64,000 nt of DNA from Octopus sinensis (lineage: Eukaryota): positions 35,092,001 to 35,156,000 of the forward strand of contig NC_043007.1 of the NCBI RefSeq assembly GCF_006345805.1, written 5' to 3'. Below, in pieces: positions 63,906-64,000 of the stretch (position 1 is the first letter of the stretch; every line of letters starts with the position of its first letter). A program made the translations under genes and the position numbers. Below the pieces are notes generated by a model, which was not told where the DNA came from, searched no databases, and worked only from the letters and a program-made list of their open reading frames with translations.

Positions 63906-64000
63906 ATATATATATGTATGTATGTATGTATGTATATATAAATAAAATACAAAATGGGACAATATATATATAAAATATATATATAGAAATTAAAAAAGGA

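Overview
AT-rich, microsatellite-dense eukaryotic DNA with no recognisable host exon. It looks intronic or intergenic, most likely from a coleoid cephalopod (Octopus-like, inferred from the SINE families and repeat density). Almost all ORF-track entries are translated simple repeats. Contents: (i) three abundant groups of tRNA-derived SINEs; (ii) LINE remnants (CR1, R4/Dong-like, RTE, RTE-X); (iii) decayed DNA transposons and MITEs (Tc1, mariner, pogo/Tigger, hAT-Charlie, Helitron); (iv) many 50-350 bp fold-back palindromes. The main hidden signal is about 19 type-I hammerhead ribozyme (HHR) motifs found by eye on both strands, with the form stem I - CUGANGA - stem II - GAAA - palindromic helix III - NUH - stem I'. 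They belong to roughly 10 unrelated sequence families, several occur as inverted pairs, and most sit in (TA)n tracts. This is the signature of Penelope-like element (PLE) pseudo-LTRs and non-autonomous, retrozyme-like derivatives. One copy is fused to a tRNA-like Pol III head. All calls were made by eye; coordinates of decayed elements are approximate and no database search or folding was run.
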